64,000 nucleotides of DNA from Candidatus Latescibacterota bacterium (GTDB lineage: Bacteria > Latescibacterota > UBA2968 > SICM01): contig CBDCJO010000002.1 of NCBI GenBank assembly GCA_965217865.1, positions 4,704,001 to 4,768,000 of the forward strand, in the 5' to 3' direction. The notes below the pieces were generated by a model that saw nothing but the letters and a program-made list of their open reading frames with translations, was not told where the DNA came from and made no database searches. The position numbers and the translations under genes are program-made. Below, piece after piece: positions 20,972-31,150 of the stretch; within the stretch, counting starts at the first letter, position 1; each line of letters begins with the position of its first letter.

Positions 20972-22426
20972 TTAACCAAAAAGTTTCTGAAACAGGCTCC
21001 AACCGCTGATTCCGGCGAAGAATACGAGGATCCCAGCGGATATGATGGCCCCGATCAGAATCGGAGGGCGTGTCCGGTAGGATGGAGGGAGCTTAAAATT
21101 GAGATAGAGGGCGGCAAGCATGATGACGGCAATCGCCAGGTTCGCAAGGATGAAACCCGCAATCTGAATGAGGATATCGAAAGGGATGTCGAGCCAGACA
21201 ATGACCATCGACGAGATGAATATATAGAAACAGATGATCTTTCGAATCTGATGATAATCCCATCGCCGATCGTGCCAGATCGCCTGAAAAAACTCATGCG
21301 TCACGCGACCATAGATCTCGGGGAGCGCCTGCAGGGTACCCCATAAGGCTGCGATGATGCAGATATAATAGACCCAGACCAGGGTGGGATGGATGTTGCC
21401 CCAGACATGGGCCTGGTTGGTCAGGAGACTCCAACCCTCAAATCGGGTTTTCAGGGGATACAACACGGTGGCCCCCGACAGCATGAACGCAACGGTCACG
21501 ATGAAAAGGACGATGGCCCCCATGCCCACATCCCACCGAAGCGGGGCCGTCAACGTGCGCAGTCGGCCGACCTCTTCAGAGTTTTCGGGCAGATAGTCGA
21601 TGGCGTCGTGGGCGAAAGCATTCTCCCGGATCTCATCGATATGCGTGTGACCTGTCAGACCCCAACGATGAAGCCCTACCCAATTGGCATAGACAATGTA
21701 TGACATCACCCCACCTCCCACATATCCGAAAATTGTCGATGTCGTCAGCATGGGATGCTTGATCGCATCCTCTGGGGCCCAGGAGGGAAACGGGGGCAAA
21801 TAGCCGAAGTTGAGGCTTCCGGAAACGGCCTGCCAGAATCCGGGCCGGACCATCAGAGTACCGATGACTGTCCCGATCACCAGGATACAGCAGATCAGGA
21901 GCTGTTGTTTCTCCAATCTTTCATATGATAGTCTTAGACCGAGAAAAAGGGCCAGGCCGATAAAGCACGAGGTGATCAGATTTCCCCAGACGGGTGGGGG
22001 AATAGACGAGGGGAGCACCGCAGAAAACAGGAAGTGGAACAGATCTCCGCAGGGTTTGGCTATGGCGACCCAGGCCAGAGGGGCACCGAGCATTTCGAAC
22101 GCCACGAGTGAGAGGGGCAGCCAGCCACGCGGACCCGGTAGGTGCACCAGGCGATGCCCGATGTACTCTCCGCTGATGGCTGTATACCGTCCCAACAGAT
22201 AGGTTACGAAGACTCCTTTCACGACACAGCTCAGGAGGACCAGCCAGAGCAGGTCGTATCCAGCCCACGCACCGGCTCGAACAACGACGATCGTTTCCCC
22301 GGCTCCGATACTGACCGATGCGACGATAGCCGCGGGCCCGAAGACCGAAAGCAAGCCCCACAGTTTCTTGAACGGCCTCCGAGAGGCAAATACACCGCTC
22401 ACCTGGGGTATGTCGACTTTGTTCAC
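20972..22426 (-). CDS. Nramp-related (APC-fold) transporter lacking the DPGN metal motif
   Basis: GPAAIVASVSIGAGE, GYDLLW, about 11 hydrophobic helices. Confidence 0.75.
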   Translation of the reverse strand: MNKVDIPQVSGVFASRRPFKKLWGLLSVFGPAAIVASVSIGAGETIVVVRAGAWAGYDLLWLVLLSCVVKGVFVTYLLGRYTAISGEYIGHRLVHLPGPRGWLPLSLVAFEMLGAPLAWVAIAKPCGDLFHFLFSAVLPSSIPPPVWGNLITSCFIGLALFLGLRLSYERLEKQQLLICCILVIGTVIGTLMVRPGFWQAVSGSLNFGYLPPFPSWAPEDAIKHPMLTTSTIFGYVGGGVMSYIVYANWVGLHRWGLTGHTHIDEIRENAFAHDAIDYLPENSEEVGRLRTLTAPLRWDVGMGAIVLFIVTVAFMLSGATVLYPLKTRFEGWSLLTNQAHVWGNIHPTLVWVYYICIIAALWGTLQALPEIYGRVTHEFFQAIWHDRRWDYHQIRKIICFYIFISSMVIVWLDIPFDILIQIAGFILANLAIAVIMLAALYLNFKLPPSYRTRPPILIGAIISAGILVFFAGISGWSLFQKLFG

Positions 22427-22609
22427 GTGTGTCTCCTCACGACGTCACTCGATTTCTATGCGTCGCCCGGAAGCGAACCAACCGACGGCTCGATGTCCTG
22501 TTTGTTGTTGACTTGGCGGGTATTTAAATTATCTTGCCGCAAGCGGGAATGATTTTTGAATCGATGAACTAAAATAAAAAAAAGTCAATCGTACAGGAGG
22601 GTCCGCCGC

Positions 22610-24175
22610 TTGCGCCCCAATTCACGCAAACCGAATATTCTCCTGATCCTGACCGATCAGCACGCCCCGAAAGTCGCAGGCTTCGCAGGAGACCCGGCGG
22701 TTCAAACCCCCCATCTCGACGAATTGGCCTCACGGTCGGTTCAATTTGACACGGCCATCTGCGCCTCCCCGGTCTGTACGCCTTCTCGCATGTGCTTGCT
22801 CACCGGAAAAGAAGCCCACACGTGCAGCGCGTGGAACAATCACTGGGTGATTTTCCCCGAACATCTCACCTGGCCTGCCCATTTCGCATCACACGGATAC
22901 CGCACCTGCCTGGTCGGAAAGATGCACTTTGGCGGGAAGGACCAGATGCAGGGGTTTCAGCACCGACCCTATGGGGATCTCAGGCACGGGCTGGGACATC
23001 AGGCCGACCCCGTCGATTTATTTCCCTCTTATTCCGGTCCTGTGGGCGCCGGCATCACGGAGATCCCCGAGAGCCTCCTGCAGGATGCGGTGGTCACCCG
23101 GGAGTCCCTCTCCTTTCTCCTCGAACATCAGGACCGGGAGCCTGATGTCCCCTGGTTCTTCTGCGCATCCTACTCCCGTCCGCACTCCCCGTTCACCGCC
23201 CCCGGTCGCTACATCCGGCGTTACCGAGGGATTGTTCCCGCAGTGGAATTGACCCGGGATTTCAAAGACCGCCTGGACCCTTTTTCCCGCAACACATTCG
23301 AGGGGGAATCCGGGGGAGATCTGTCTCCGGAAAAAACCCTGCGTGCGCGTGAGGCCTACTATGCCTGTGTGGATTTCGTGGACGACTGCATCGGCGAGTT
23401 GTTGAACGGTCTACAGGCGACAGGCCTTCTTGACAATACGATCGTGATCTACACGAGCGATCACGGGGAGATGGCTGGCATCCACGGGCTCTGGGGTAAG
23501 GTCGTTCATTTCGAACCCTCCGTAGGGGTTCCTCTGCTCATCAGCGGGCCCGGGGTCCATCCCGGACATTTCCGGAACAGACATCCGATTTCTTTGATGG
23601 ATCTTTATCCGACCACTTCAGCGCTGGCGGGATTACCGATCCCCGATGGCCTGGATGGTGTTGACTTCAGCGATGTCCTGGCCGATCCCGAATCTGCACC
23701 ACCTCCCCGTACCTACGCGCCAAGCGCTTTCTTTATGTACGGTGTACGCTGGAGCAGGTTCCGCTGGGAGAATGAGACGGAGGAATTTCCCCCCTGCAAC
23801 GCCATGCGGATGGTCCGGAGCAGAGACTGGAAATACGTGGAGATCGAAGAAGGACCGCCCCTGCTCTTCGATATGGTCAACGATCGGGACGAGCTCGTGA
23901 ACCTTGCGGGCCAGTCGGAGCATACCGACAGGTGTCGCGAAATGCGAGCGGACCTCTTTCGCGGTTTCACCTGGGAAGGGGTTCACATACAGCTGACTTC
24001 AGACAGAGAGCGCATCAAGGAATTCCAATCAAGGCAAAAGCCCAGCACCCCGAATCAGTACATGCTCGAGGACGGCAGGATCTTTGATGCCGAGGGGGGA
24101 CTATACGGCGCGCGATGGATTTCTTATCCATCAATCCCAGGGGGGGGTGGAACCATCCCTCAGCAATTCGGCTGA
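22610..24175 (+). CDS. Formylglycine-dependent sulfatase (choline-sulfatase-like S1 family)
   Basis: PNILLILTDQH, CTPSR (CxPxR), LTGK, VGKMH, PHSPF, TSDHGE. Confidence 0.92.
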   Translation: MRPNSRKPNILLILTDQHAPKVAGFAGDPAVQTPHLDELASRSVQFDTAICASPVCTPSRMCLLTGKEAHTCSAWNNHWVIFPEHLTWPAHFASHGYRTCLVGKMHFGGKDQMQGFQHRPYGDLRHGLGHQADPVDLFPSYSGPVGAGITEIPESLLQDAVVTRESLSFLLEHQDREPDVPWFFCASYSRPHSPFTAPGRYIRRYRGIVPAVELTRDFKDRLDPFSRNTFEGESGGDLSPEKTLRAREAYYACVDFVDDCIGELLNGLQATGLLDNTIVIYTSDHGEMAGIHGLWGKVVHFEPSVGVPLLISGPGVHPGHFRNRHPISLMDLYPTTSALAGLPIPDGLDGVDFSDVLADPESAPPPRTYAPSAFFMYGVRWSRFRWENETEEFPPCNAMRMVRSRDWKYVEIEEGPPLLFDMVNDRDELVNLAGQSEHTDRCREMRADLFRGFTWEGVHIQLTSDRERIKEFQSRQKPSTPNQYMLEDGRIFDAEGGLYGARWISYPSIPGGGGTIPQQFG

Positions 24176-24230
24176 CACGGGATGAATCGAGATTGGGAAA
24201 ATGGGGAGGTGCACTTCGTAGGCTATTCCC

Positions 24231-25115
24231 TCAGGATTGGCAAAAGATCCGGTACTTTGCGTCTACACCGCCATCACTGGCATTTCCCTTGTGAATGTAG
24301 ATCCCGTAGCGGAACCTCACGTTTTCAGGACCGCCGTCCAGACCCGGGTGGCGATGCGAAAGGCCGATGGGACCGTAGGCCGATGCGTGAGCGTCTCCGG
24401 GAAATCCCGGATTGTCGGGGTGATCGAAAAGGGCAATCCCCTGCTGTTTTTCCTGTCGGCCTCCGGAGAAATCGACCCATTCTTTTCCGTGAAATCGTTC
24501 TTCCCGGCTCACTTCTCCGTTTGCGCTGCTCATCTCCCCGCCGTTCTCGACCAGTTCCCATCTCCCGTCTGCCCCCTTTTTCCGATTGTCTCGAGCTCGA
24601 ATGGAATCACAGACACGGCCTGATAGCATAAAGGGTCCACCGTTGGGTTCATTCGGTATGGGGACCGTCCTGGACCAGTCGATAAAGCACTCCCCCTCCG
24701 GGAGTGCGTAAATCGAAATTTCGCGGGTTTCTGCAAGGATAGTAATTCCAGACCCATTCACGTAAAGGATGTGTTCGACGATACGAGCAGAATCCCCATC
24801 ACTCTCGATACGCTCGAAGTCCAGGTGGAGCATTTTTCCACACGGTCCGAAGGGAGGTTCGTCCCAATCCGACCAGATGTTTGTGGGGCCCGAGGCAGGT
24901 CCGTGGCCGCCGTAGGCCAGGAAGAGTCCCGCTTGATGCTGGTGTTCACCCGAAGCACCACGGAGGATGTTGCCGTGGGGACCGCATAAGGGCCAGAGGT
25001 AGGGCTTCCAGACACCCTTGAAGTTGTAGTGAGCGATCTTGTGATCTCCTGCGGAGATCGATAAAAATGCCGGATAGGTCACGACTGAGAGGCCTGACCC
25101 CCCTGATGTTCGCAA
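24231..25115 (-). CDS. DUF6807 ('PmoA family')-like beta-rich protein
   Basis: KPYLWPL, HQHQAGLFLAYG, WVDFSG, GIALFDHPDN, RYGIYIHKG pattern. Confidence 0.6.
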   Translation of the reverse strand: MRTSGGSGLSVVTYPAFLSISAGDHKIAHYNFKGVWKPYLWPLCGPHGNILRGASGEHQHQAGLFLAYGGHGPASGPTNIWSDWDEPPFGPCGKMLHLDFERIESDGDSARIVEHILYVNGSGITILAETREISIYALPEGECFIDWSRTVPIPNEPNGGPFMLSGRVCDSIRARDNRKKGADGRWELVENGGEMSSANGEVSREERFHGKEWVDFSGGRQEKQQGIALFDHPDNPGFPGDAHASAYGPIGLSHRHPGLDGGPENVRFRYGIYIHKGNASDGGVDAKYRIFCQS

Positions 25116-25180
25116 TGATTTCTCCAGAGATTTCTCGTGTTAAGAATCCGGTTATGATGATACCTGTGGCTCAAGCGCTT

Positions 25181-25209
25181 ATGATAAATCGCCAATCACG
25201 TATTGTCAA
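25181..25209 (-). promoter_or_regulatory. Sigma70-type promoter for the DUF6807-like gene
   Basis: Minus strand TTGACA, 17-bp spacer, TATCAT. Confidence 0.6.
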
Positions 25210-25454
25210 CCGGTTTGTCCCCAGGATCCGAGATGGTGGCGATAAAGATTTTGAACTGAGGTTCCCGCTTATACCATCAGGAAGAAAATACCTGCTCAAA
25301 TTTGCACTTGCATCAGGAGGACCCGGAACGTATTTTTAGATCGATGGACGGCCGGGCCCATAACCCCCTGTTATGCCTGCCGAATTTCTGACTTCCTCCC
25401 CAAACAATCACTCGATACTCGGATCCTGAACCATCCCTTCCGTTTGGAGACCCT

Positions 25455-28274
25455 GTGTCTATCCTTGACGAATTTGTCTCTATCCATCTGGAGCCTTCTG
25501 AAACGGACTGCAACGGTGAACTCCCATCGGTCGAGGCCGTGGTCGTGGCGTCGGGGAAGCTGAAGAATCGGTTTGAGGATCCGCGCCTATCCAAACGCCG
25601 GGGGGGAGGTCGATGCGTGGGACCCGCGGAGGTCCTCCGTACCTTGGCCCAGTTCACCCAGGATCGTCCCCTTATTGTATTCGATCCCCAGTCTGTACGA
25701 AATCTTCTCAACCCCCACCTGCCGACCCCCTTCAACGCCGGGATGCACAGTCTGAGGGACCTTTCAAGAGCGGCCCTCCCGAGATTAATGGATCATCGAC
25801 TATCGACGTTACTCGAATTTTTCGATATCCACGTTGATAACCGCGCAGAGGGGGTATCCCTGGCCTATCAGGCGGTATTGGATAGGCTGAGGTCAAGAGA
25901 TTTTTCTCTTCTGGAACGCATGCTTTCATTAATTTCCGGGACGCGATCGGATCTGATTCCAATATTTGCTTCCCTCGCGAGCGAAGGTGTGGGAGAGGTC
26001 CTCAAAAGAAAAATTGGTAAGGACTTTACAAGAAACACGTTCACGGCAACAGGATCCACCGCGTCCCTGTCCACTCGGGGGGGCGTGGATGGAGGCCGCA
26101 CCCTTGACGTCGGTGAAATTCGCTTGACCTTCGAAGATGACGGCCCCCTTCGGAGGGCGATTCAGGGTTATGAGATCCGGCCTCAGCAGATCGATATGGC
26201 TGTCGCCGTCGCAGAGGCGTTTAATCAAGGTGAAATCCTGGTGGCGGAAGCGGGAACGGGCGTCGGTAAATCCATGGCCTACATCGTCCCGGCCATAAAT
26301 TTCGCCGTGTCAACCCAAAACCGGGTCGTGATGTCAACGAACACAAAAAACCTCCAGGAACAGCTGTTCTTCAAGGATCTTCCACAACTCGCTGATATTT
26401 TAAACATCCCGTTTCGGTACGCTTTGTTGAAAGGACGATCCAATTATCTCTGCCGGAACCGATGGGACCAGGCAACCGGACATTTGCAATCCGCTTTCTC
26501 CGAAGAGGAACGGATCGCTGCCTTGCCCCTTGTCCTATGGTCGTCGGAAACCGAAACAGGAGACATCTCCGAAAACACAGGCTTCGATCCGAAAGAAGCA
26601 CCCGGGTTATGGGCGAAGGTCTGCTCGGACGCGGCCGCGTGCAGAAGCCAACGCTGCCGGTCCAACGGCCTCTGCTTCGCGAACAACGCAAGGCGCGCCG
26701 CGGCCTCCGCCCATATAATCGTTGTCAACCACGCGCTCCTCTTCTCGGACCTCGCGGCCGATAATTCCCTCCTGGGGGACTATCGTCACCTTATCGTAGA
26801 CGAAGCCCACAACGTAGAAAGGGTCGCTGCACAATATCTGGGTCGCGAACTGACGGTCTGGCGGGTGAGAAATCTTACGTCTCGGCTGAGCTCCCACGAG
26901 CCGACATCCACAGGATCCTTTCCCTCCCTCTTACACTGGCTCCGGGCTTCCGGGCTGGAGGCATCCGTTATTAATTCTTTCGAAGCGGGAGTCGAATCGG
27001 CGATCAAACGTTCAGATGCGCTATGGGAGACGGCGACCCGATTCTTTCGGGCGTTGTCAGAATCCCGATCCGAATTCTCCGGGGGAAATAATGAGTATAT
27101 GACCAAAGTCCGCTATAAAAATTCGGACCTGATGTTCGATCCGGTCGTGGAGGAACTCTCGGACTTTCGAGGGGAAGGGGTTCGTCTTTCGGATGAGATC
27201 CGGAAGCTGGTCGATTGGATGCGCGACCTTCCAGTACATGCATTTCCAAATCAGGATGAGGTGTTCCACGATCTAGAAGGCCGTTTTTTCGATTGTGGAG
27301 AACTCGTGGAGGACATCGACGCCCTTACAGAACCGGAGGATGAAGGACAGGTCTACTGGCTGGAAATCCCATCGCGAGACGGCAGTATCGACGTTCGGAT
27401 CCGTTCGGCTCCTCTGGATATCTCGGACCATCTGGTGACAACCCTTTACGCACACGTGGAAACCCTCCTGTTCACATCCGCCACCATCGCCATAGGCGAT
27501 CGGTTGGATTATTTCCTTCACCGCCATGGCCTGGATCGCCTGCCGGAGGGACGGGTGGGAACGCTGTGTGTTGATTCACCGTTCGAATATGACCGCCAGG
27601 CCCTCGTTTGCATCCCTTCGTTTGTCCCGTCTCCCAAATTCACGGAATTCGGCGACGTTGTGGCAGAACTCCTCAATCACCTGGTCACCCTTGTTGGGCG
27701 AGGCACCCTTGCTCTGTTTACATCCTATGGAATGCTGAATAAAGCTTATAAAAGGTTGAAAGATCCCTTTCAGACCAGGGATATCCTTCTCCTCGGGCAG
27801 GGAATTGACGGTCCGAGATCGGCAATCACCGAGCAGTTTAAACGGAACACAAGGTCCGTCCTTTTCGGGACCGACAGTTTTTGGGAAGGGATCGATGTGC
27901 CCGGGCAGGCCCTGGAAATCCTGGTTATCGTGCGGCTCCCGTTTGCCGTCCCCTCCGAGCCTCTGGTTTCCGCGCAGATGGAAACTTTGGAGAAAGCGGG
28001 TAAAGATCCATTCCTCCACTATTCGGTCCCCGAAGCCGTCCTGAAGTTCCGACAGGGGTTCGGCCGGCTTATTCGAAACCGGGTCGATCGAGGTGTTATG
28101 GTTGTCCTGGATAGCCGAGTTTTGAAAACAAGCTATGGGTGGGCGTTCCTGAAGTCCATTCCTGCACCTTATCGAACCTACAAGACAACGGAAGGCATGG
28201 TCGGAGAGATCAAACAATGGTTCAAGAATGCTCAGGAGCGAAAGATGGGGAATAAAACCGAAATGAGGGCGTGA
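25455..28274 (+). CDS. dinG: DinG-family Fe-S helicase with degenerate N-terminal DnaQ-like domain
   Basis: Q motif RPQQ, EAGTGVGKS, KGRSNYLC, Cys cluster, DEAH, TSAT, FWEGIDVPG, QGFGRLIR. Confidence 0.9.
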   Translation: MSILDEFVSIHLEPSETDCNGELPSVEAVVVASGKLKNRFEDPRLSKRRGGGRCVGPAEVLRTLAQFTQDRPLIVFDPQSVRNLLNPHLPTPFNAGMHSLRDLSRAALPRLMDHRLSTLLEFFDIHVDNRAEGVSLAYQAVLDRLRSRDFSLLERMLSLISGTRSDLIPIFASLASEGVGEVLKRKIGKDFTRNTFTATGSTASLSTRGGVDGGRTLDVGEIRLTFEDDGPLRRAIQGYEIRPQQIDMAVAVAEAFNQGEILVAEAGTGVGKSMAYIVPAINFAVSTQNRVVMSTNTKNLQEQLFFKDLPQLADILNIPFRYALLKGRSNYLCRNRWDQATGHLQSAFSEEERIAALPLVLWSSETETGDISENTGFDPKEAPGLWAKVCSDAAACRSQRCRSNGLCFANNARRAAASAHIIVVNHALLFSDLAADNSLLGDYRHLIVDEAHNVERVAAQYLGRELTVWRVRNLTSRLSSHEPTSTGSFPSLLHWLRASGLEASVINSFEAGVESAIKRSDALWETATRFFRALSESRSEFSGGNNEYMTKVRYKNSDLMFDPVVEELSDFRGEGVRLSDEIRKLVDWMRDLPVHAFPNQDEVFHDLEGRFFDCGELVEDIDALTEPEDEGQVYWLEIPSRDGSIDVRIRSAPLDISDHLVTTLYAHVETLLFTSATIAIGDRLDYFLHRHGLDRLPEGRVGTLCVDSPFEYDRQALVCIPSFVPSPKFTEFGDVVAELLNHLVTLVGRGTLALFTSYGMLNKAYKRLKDPFQTRDILLLGQGIDGPRSAITEQFKRNTRSVLFGTDSFWEGIDVPGQALEILVIVRLPFAVPSEPLVSAQMETLEKAGKDPFLHYSVPEAVLKFRQGFGRLIRNRVDRGVMVVLDSRVLKTSYGWAFLKSIPAPYRTYKTTEGMVGEIKQWFKNAQERKMGNKTEMRA

Positions 28275-28278
28275 GTCC

Positions 28279-29541
28279 ATGCTTGTCCATCGTTATATTC
28301 TGCGAGAACACCTCTCTCCTTATCTCCTCGCCCTGGCTGCGATTCTTTTCCTCCTGTTCGTGAACCTGATCCTCGAATTAGTGGATCAGATAATCGGCAA
28401 AGGGGTTCCTGGAGGAGCGGCCCTGGAGGTTTTCATGTTAAATCTCGCATGGATGGTTGCCCTCGCTGTTCCGATGGCCGTGTTGGTGGCGGTTTTAATG
28501 GCCTTTGGGAGGTTATCCGGGGATGGTGAGATCTCCGCCATCAAATCGGCGGGAATCAGCCTCCACCGAGCCGCATGGCCTGTCCTCCTTTGCGGCGTTG
28601 TCCTTTCGATTGCTGTGGCGTTGTTCAACGATCTGATTCTCCCAGACGCCAACCACCGGGCTCGAATGCTGATGGATGACATCCGGCGGAAGAAACCTGC
28701 CGTGGCCTTCGCCGACAAGCCCGGCCTGGTCATCGACGACTTCGATTCCTACCGGATCCTGGTTGGCTCGATCGATCCCCATGACCAATCCATGGAGGAT
28801 ATCATAATTTACAAACAATTGCCTGGCGAGTTTCCCACCGCGATTCTTGCGGCCCGGGGGGAGATATCACTAACGTATGATCAGAAGGATATGGTTCTCA
28901 TGCTCTATGAAGGGGAAGTGCACGCAGTGGATAGCCAGGATCCATCCAGTTATATAAGGACCTTTTTCGATCGACAGTTGATTCGGCTTGGAGATTCCGG
29001 CCGACACCTTTTACGAACCGCTCAAGATACGCGCGGGGATCGCGAAATGTCAGTCGCCGCGATGCGGTCCCGGGCGTCATCCCACGCGGCAGAAGCTCGT
29101 CGGATCGAGAAAAAGGTGGCGGATGTATTTGAGGCGTTCGTACGTGGTAATCTTCTGAGCGGAAGCCAATATCCCCACGGTTCACTGAAGGACTTAAAAA
29201 AGACCGTCGGGCAGATTCGAAGCGAGTTGATGGTCCATCGGTATCGGGAGCGGGCGGTCAATCGATATCTGGTCGAAATCCATAAGAAATTCGCCATTCC
29301 GGTTGCCTGTATCGTTTTCATCTTCGTCGGATTCCCGTTGGGAATCCGACTCAAGACGGATGGCGCTGCGAGAGGAGGTGCGGCCAGCATCGGTTTCTTT
29401 CTTGTTTATTGGCTGTGTCTGATCGGAGGGGAGAAACTGGCAGACAGGGGTTATCTTTCACCCGGGATCTCGATGTGGGCTGCCAACATCCTGATCGGCT
29501 TTGTCGGTGGATACCTGACATGGCGGGTTTTGAAGACATAG
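28279..29541 (+). CDS. lptF: LptF/LptG-family LPS export permease
   Basis: RYILRE, PMAVL..FGRLSGDGEISAIKSAGIS, EIHKKFAIP, WAAN. Confidence 0.85.
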   Translation: MLVHRYILREHLSPYLLALAAILFLLFVNLILELVDQIIGKGVPGGAALEVFMLNLAWMVALAVPMAVLVAVLMAFGRLSGDGEISAIKSAGISLHRAAWPVLLCGVVLSIAVALFNDLILPDANHRARMLMDDIRRKKPAVAFADKPGLVIDDFDSYRILVGSIDPHDQSMEDIIIYKQLPGEFPTAILAARGEISLTYDQKDMVLMLYEGEVHAVDSQDPSSYIRTFFDRQLIRLGDSGRHLLRTAQDTRGDREMSVAAMRSRASSHAAEARRIEKKVADVFEAFVRGNLLSGSQYPHGSLKDLKKTVGQIRSELMVHRYRERAVNRYLVEIHKKFAIPVACIVFIFVGFPLGIRLKTDGAARGGAASIGFFLVYWLCLIGGEKLADRGYLSPGISMWAANILIGFVGGYLTWRVLKT

Positions 29542-29669
29542 GATTATGCCCGTTGAATCTGTTTGAGACAGGAGAGCGTGGGAAGGGAGGTAAGTCGCTT
29601 TCAGTTACTTTTCTGAATTTCCTGAACCTTTGTTCCGATTGAAACCCTCCAGCTTCGGGTCTTTCTCCC

Positions 29670-29698
29670 TTGACAGCTTTTGGGATAGACCGTAAATT
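29670..29698 (+). promoter_or_regulatory. Sigma70-type promoter for hpf-hprK
   Basis: TTGACA, 17-bp spacer, TAAATT. Confidence 0.65.
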
Positions 29699-29770
29699 AA
29701 TTCGGCCTTTACCTATCTTAGGATTTGTTATAAAGTTGAGATCGATTCTATATTCATCGGTGAGGTGACC

Positions 29771-30076
29771 ATGAACATACAAGTAACCGGTCGGAATTTT
29801 GCGGTTTCGGACAACCTCCGTCTGTATATCGATAAAGAGGCCGCAAAATTAGAGAAATTCTTCGACCGAATCATCGATCTCCAGGCTTTTGTGACGTCCG
29901 AGAAGCGGGTGCGAAACGTTGAGATCATCGTCAATGTACAAGGGCACACCTTGAAAGCAACCTGCGAAGCCAGAAGCGTTTACCAGGCCGTGGAAGGGGC
30001 GATGGACCGGGTTAAGGTACAACTCAAGAAGCTCCACGATAAGATCAGAAAACCGCGACATGTGACCTCAGAATAG
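29771..30076 (+). CDS. hpf: Ribosome hibernation factor HPF/RaiA (short form)
   Basis: MNIQVTGRNFAVSDNLR...KLEKFF...QLKKLHDK. Confidence 0.92.
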   Translation: MNIQVTGRNFAVSDNLRLYIDKEAAKLEKFFDRIIDLQAFVTSEKRVRNVEIIVNVQGHTLKATCEARSVYQAVEGAMDRVKVQLKKLHDKIRKPRHVTSE

Positions 30077-30086
30077 GAGATCAAGA

Positions 30087-31061
30087 ATGCGCAGCATGTC
30101 GATCGGACAATGGGTCGCGGGGGTTGGGGGAAAGCTGGGCATGGAGTTGCGGGCAGGAAAGAACGGGCTAGACCGCCGGATCACATCGAGCGAGATTCAC
30201 AGGCCGGGTCTCGCCCTGATGGGTTTCGTCGGGATATTCACCTTTGATCGGGTCCAGGTTTTGGGCAACACCGAGATGCTTTATTTGAACGAACTTTCTG
30301 AAGAAGAATGCCGTGGGGCCCTGGATATCATCTATCAATTCGACCTTCCGTGTGTTGTCGTCACCGACGACAATCCGGTGTCCCCCATCCTGATTGAACT
30401 TGCGGACCAGAAGAACATTCCCCTTTTACAAACCAATTTTTCAACGACGAAATTCGCCCATCTGTTTGCGCTTTACGTGGACGATGTCTTCGCACCCCGT
30501 ACGACCCTTCACGGATCACTGGTGGACGTTTATGGAATGGGGTTGCTGTTTATCGGCAGGAGTGCGATCGGAAAGAGTGAGGTGGCCCTCGATCTGGTAG
30601 AGCGGGGTCACCGGCTAGTTGCAGACGATGTGGTGATTATCTCCAGGAAGATGCAGGGATTTCTCGTCGGGACGGGCCCGGAGATTCTACAAAATCACAT
30701 GGAGATCCGGGGGCTCGGTATTCTGGATATGCGGAATATGTTTGGAATCAGAGCCGTTCGGGTCCAAAAGCGGATCGAGACGGTTGTGAAGCTCGTCGAA
30801 TGGGACGACTCGCTCGACTATGAGCGAACGGGTCTCGAGGGTCATTATGTATCGATCCTTGAGGTGGAAATCCCGCTTGTCACAGTGCCGATTAACCCGG
30901 GAAAAAACATCACGGTTATCGCAGAGGCGATCGCCCTAAACCACCAGCTCAAGATACACGGACACTATATGGCCAAGGAATTCAACAAAAAACAGATGGC
31001 GTTCATAAAAGAAAAGAAAAATCGGTCTTCAGACAAGAATGTGGGGCTGGATGTGGAATGA
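30087..31061 (+). CDS. hprK: HPr kinase/phosphorylase
   Basis: HRPGLAL, LHG, GRSAIGKSE, GHRLVADD, MEIRGLGI. Confidence 0.95.
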   Translation: MRSMSIGQWVAGVGGKLGMELRAGKNGLDRRITSSEIHRPGLALMGFVGIFTFDRVQVLGNTEMLYLNELSEEECRGALDIIYQFDLPCVVVTDDNPVSPILIELADQKNIPLLQTNFSTTKFAHLFALYVDDVFAPRTTLHGSLVDVYGMGLLFIGRSAIGKSEVALDLVERGHRLVADDVVIISRKMQGFLVGTGPEILQNHMEIRGLGILDMRNMFGIRAVRVQKRIETVVKLVEWDDSLDYERTGLEGHYVSILEVEIPLVTVPINPGKNITVIAEAIALNHQLKIHGHYMAKEFNKKQMAFIKEKKNRSSDKNVGLDVE

Positions 31062-31150
31062 CGATTTCACGACGCGTGCCAAATGGGTTCTATGGATCGG
31101 GGGGGGGGCAATTAAATGAACGGTTGCGAAATCCGGAGAAAGGCGGGGAG

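Noticed and set aside
19697-21346. 549-aa plus-strand ORF (and similar long ORFs such as 12815-13861 and 41526-42491)
   Set aside because: These are antisense shadows of well-supported genes in GC-rich DNA.
24231-25115. 'PmoA family' label implying methane oxidation
   Set aside because: The protein is soluble and beta-rich with no pmoB/pmoC nearby; the family name is misleading.
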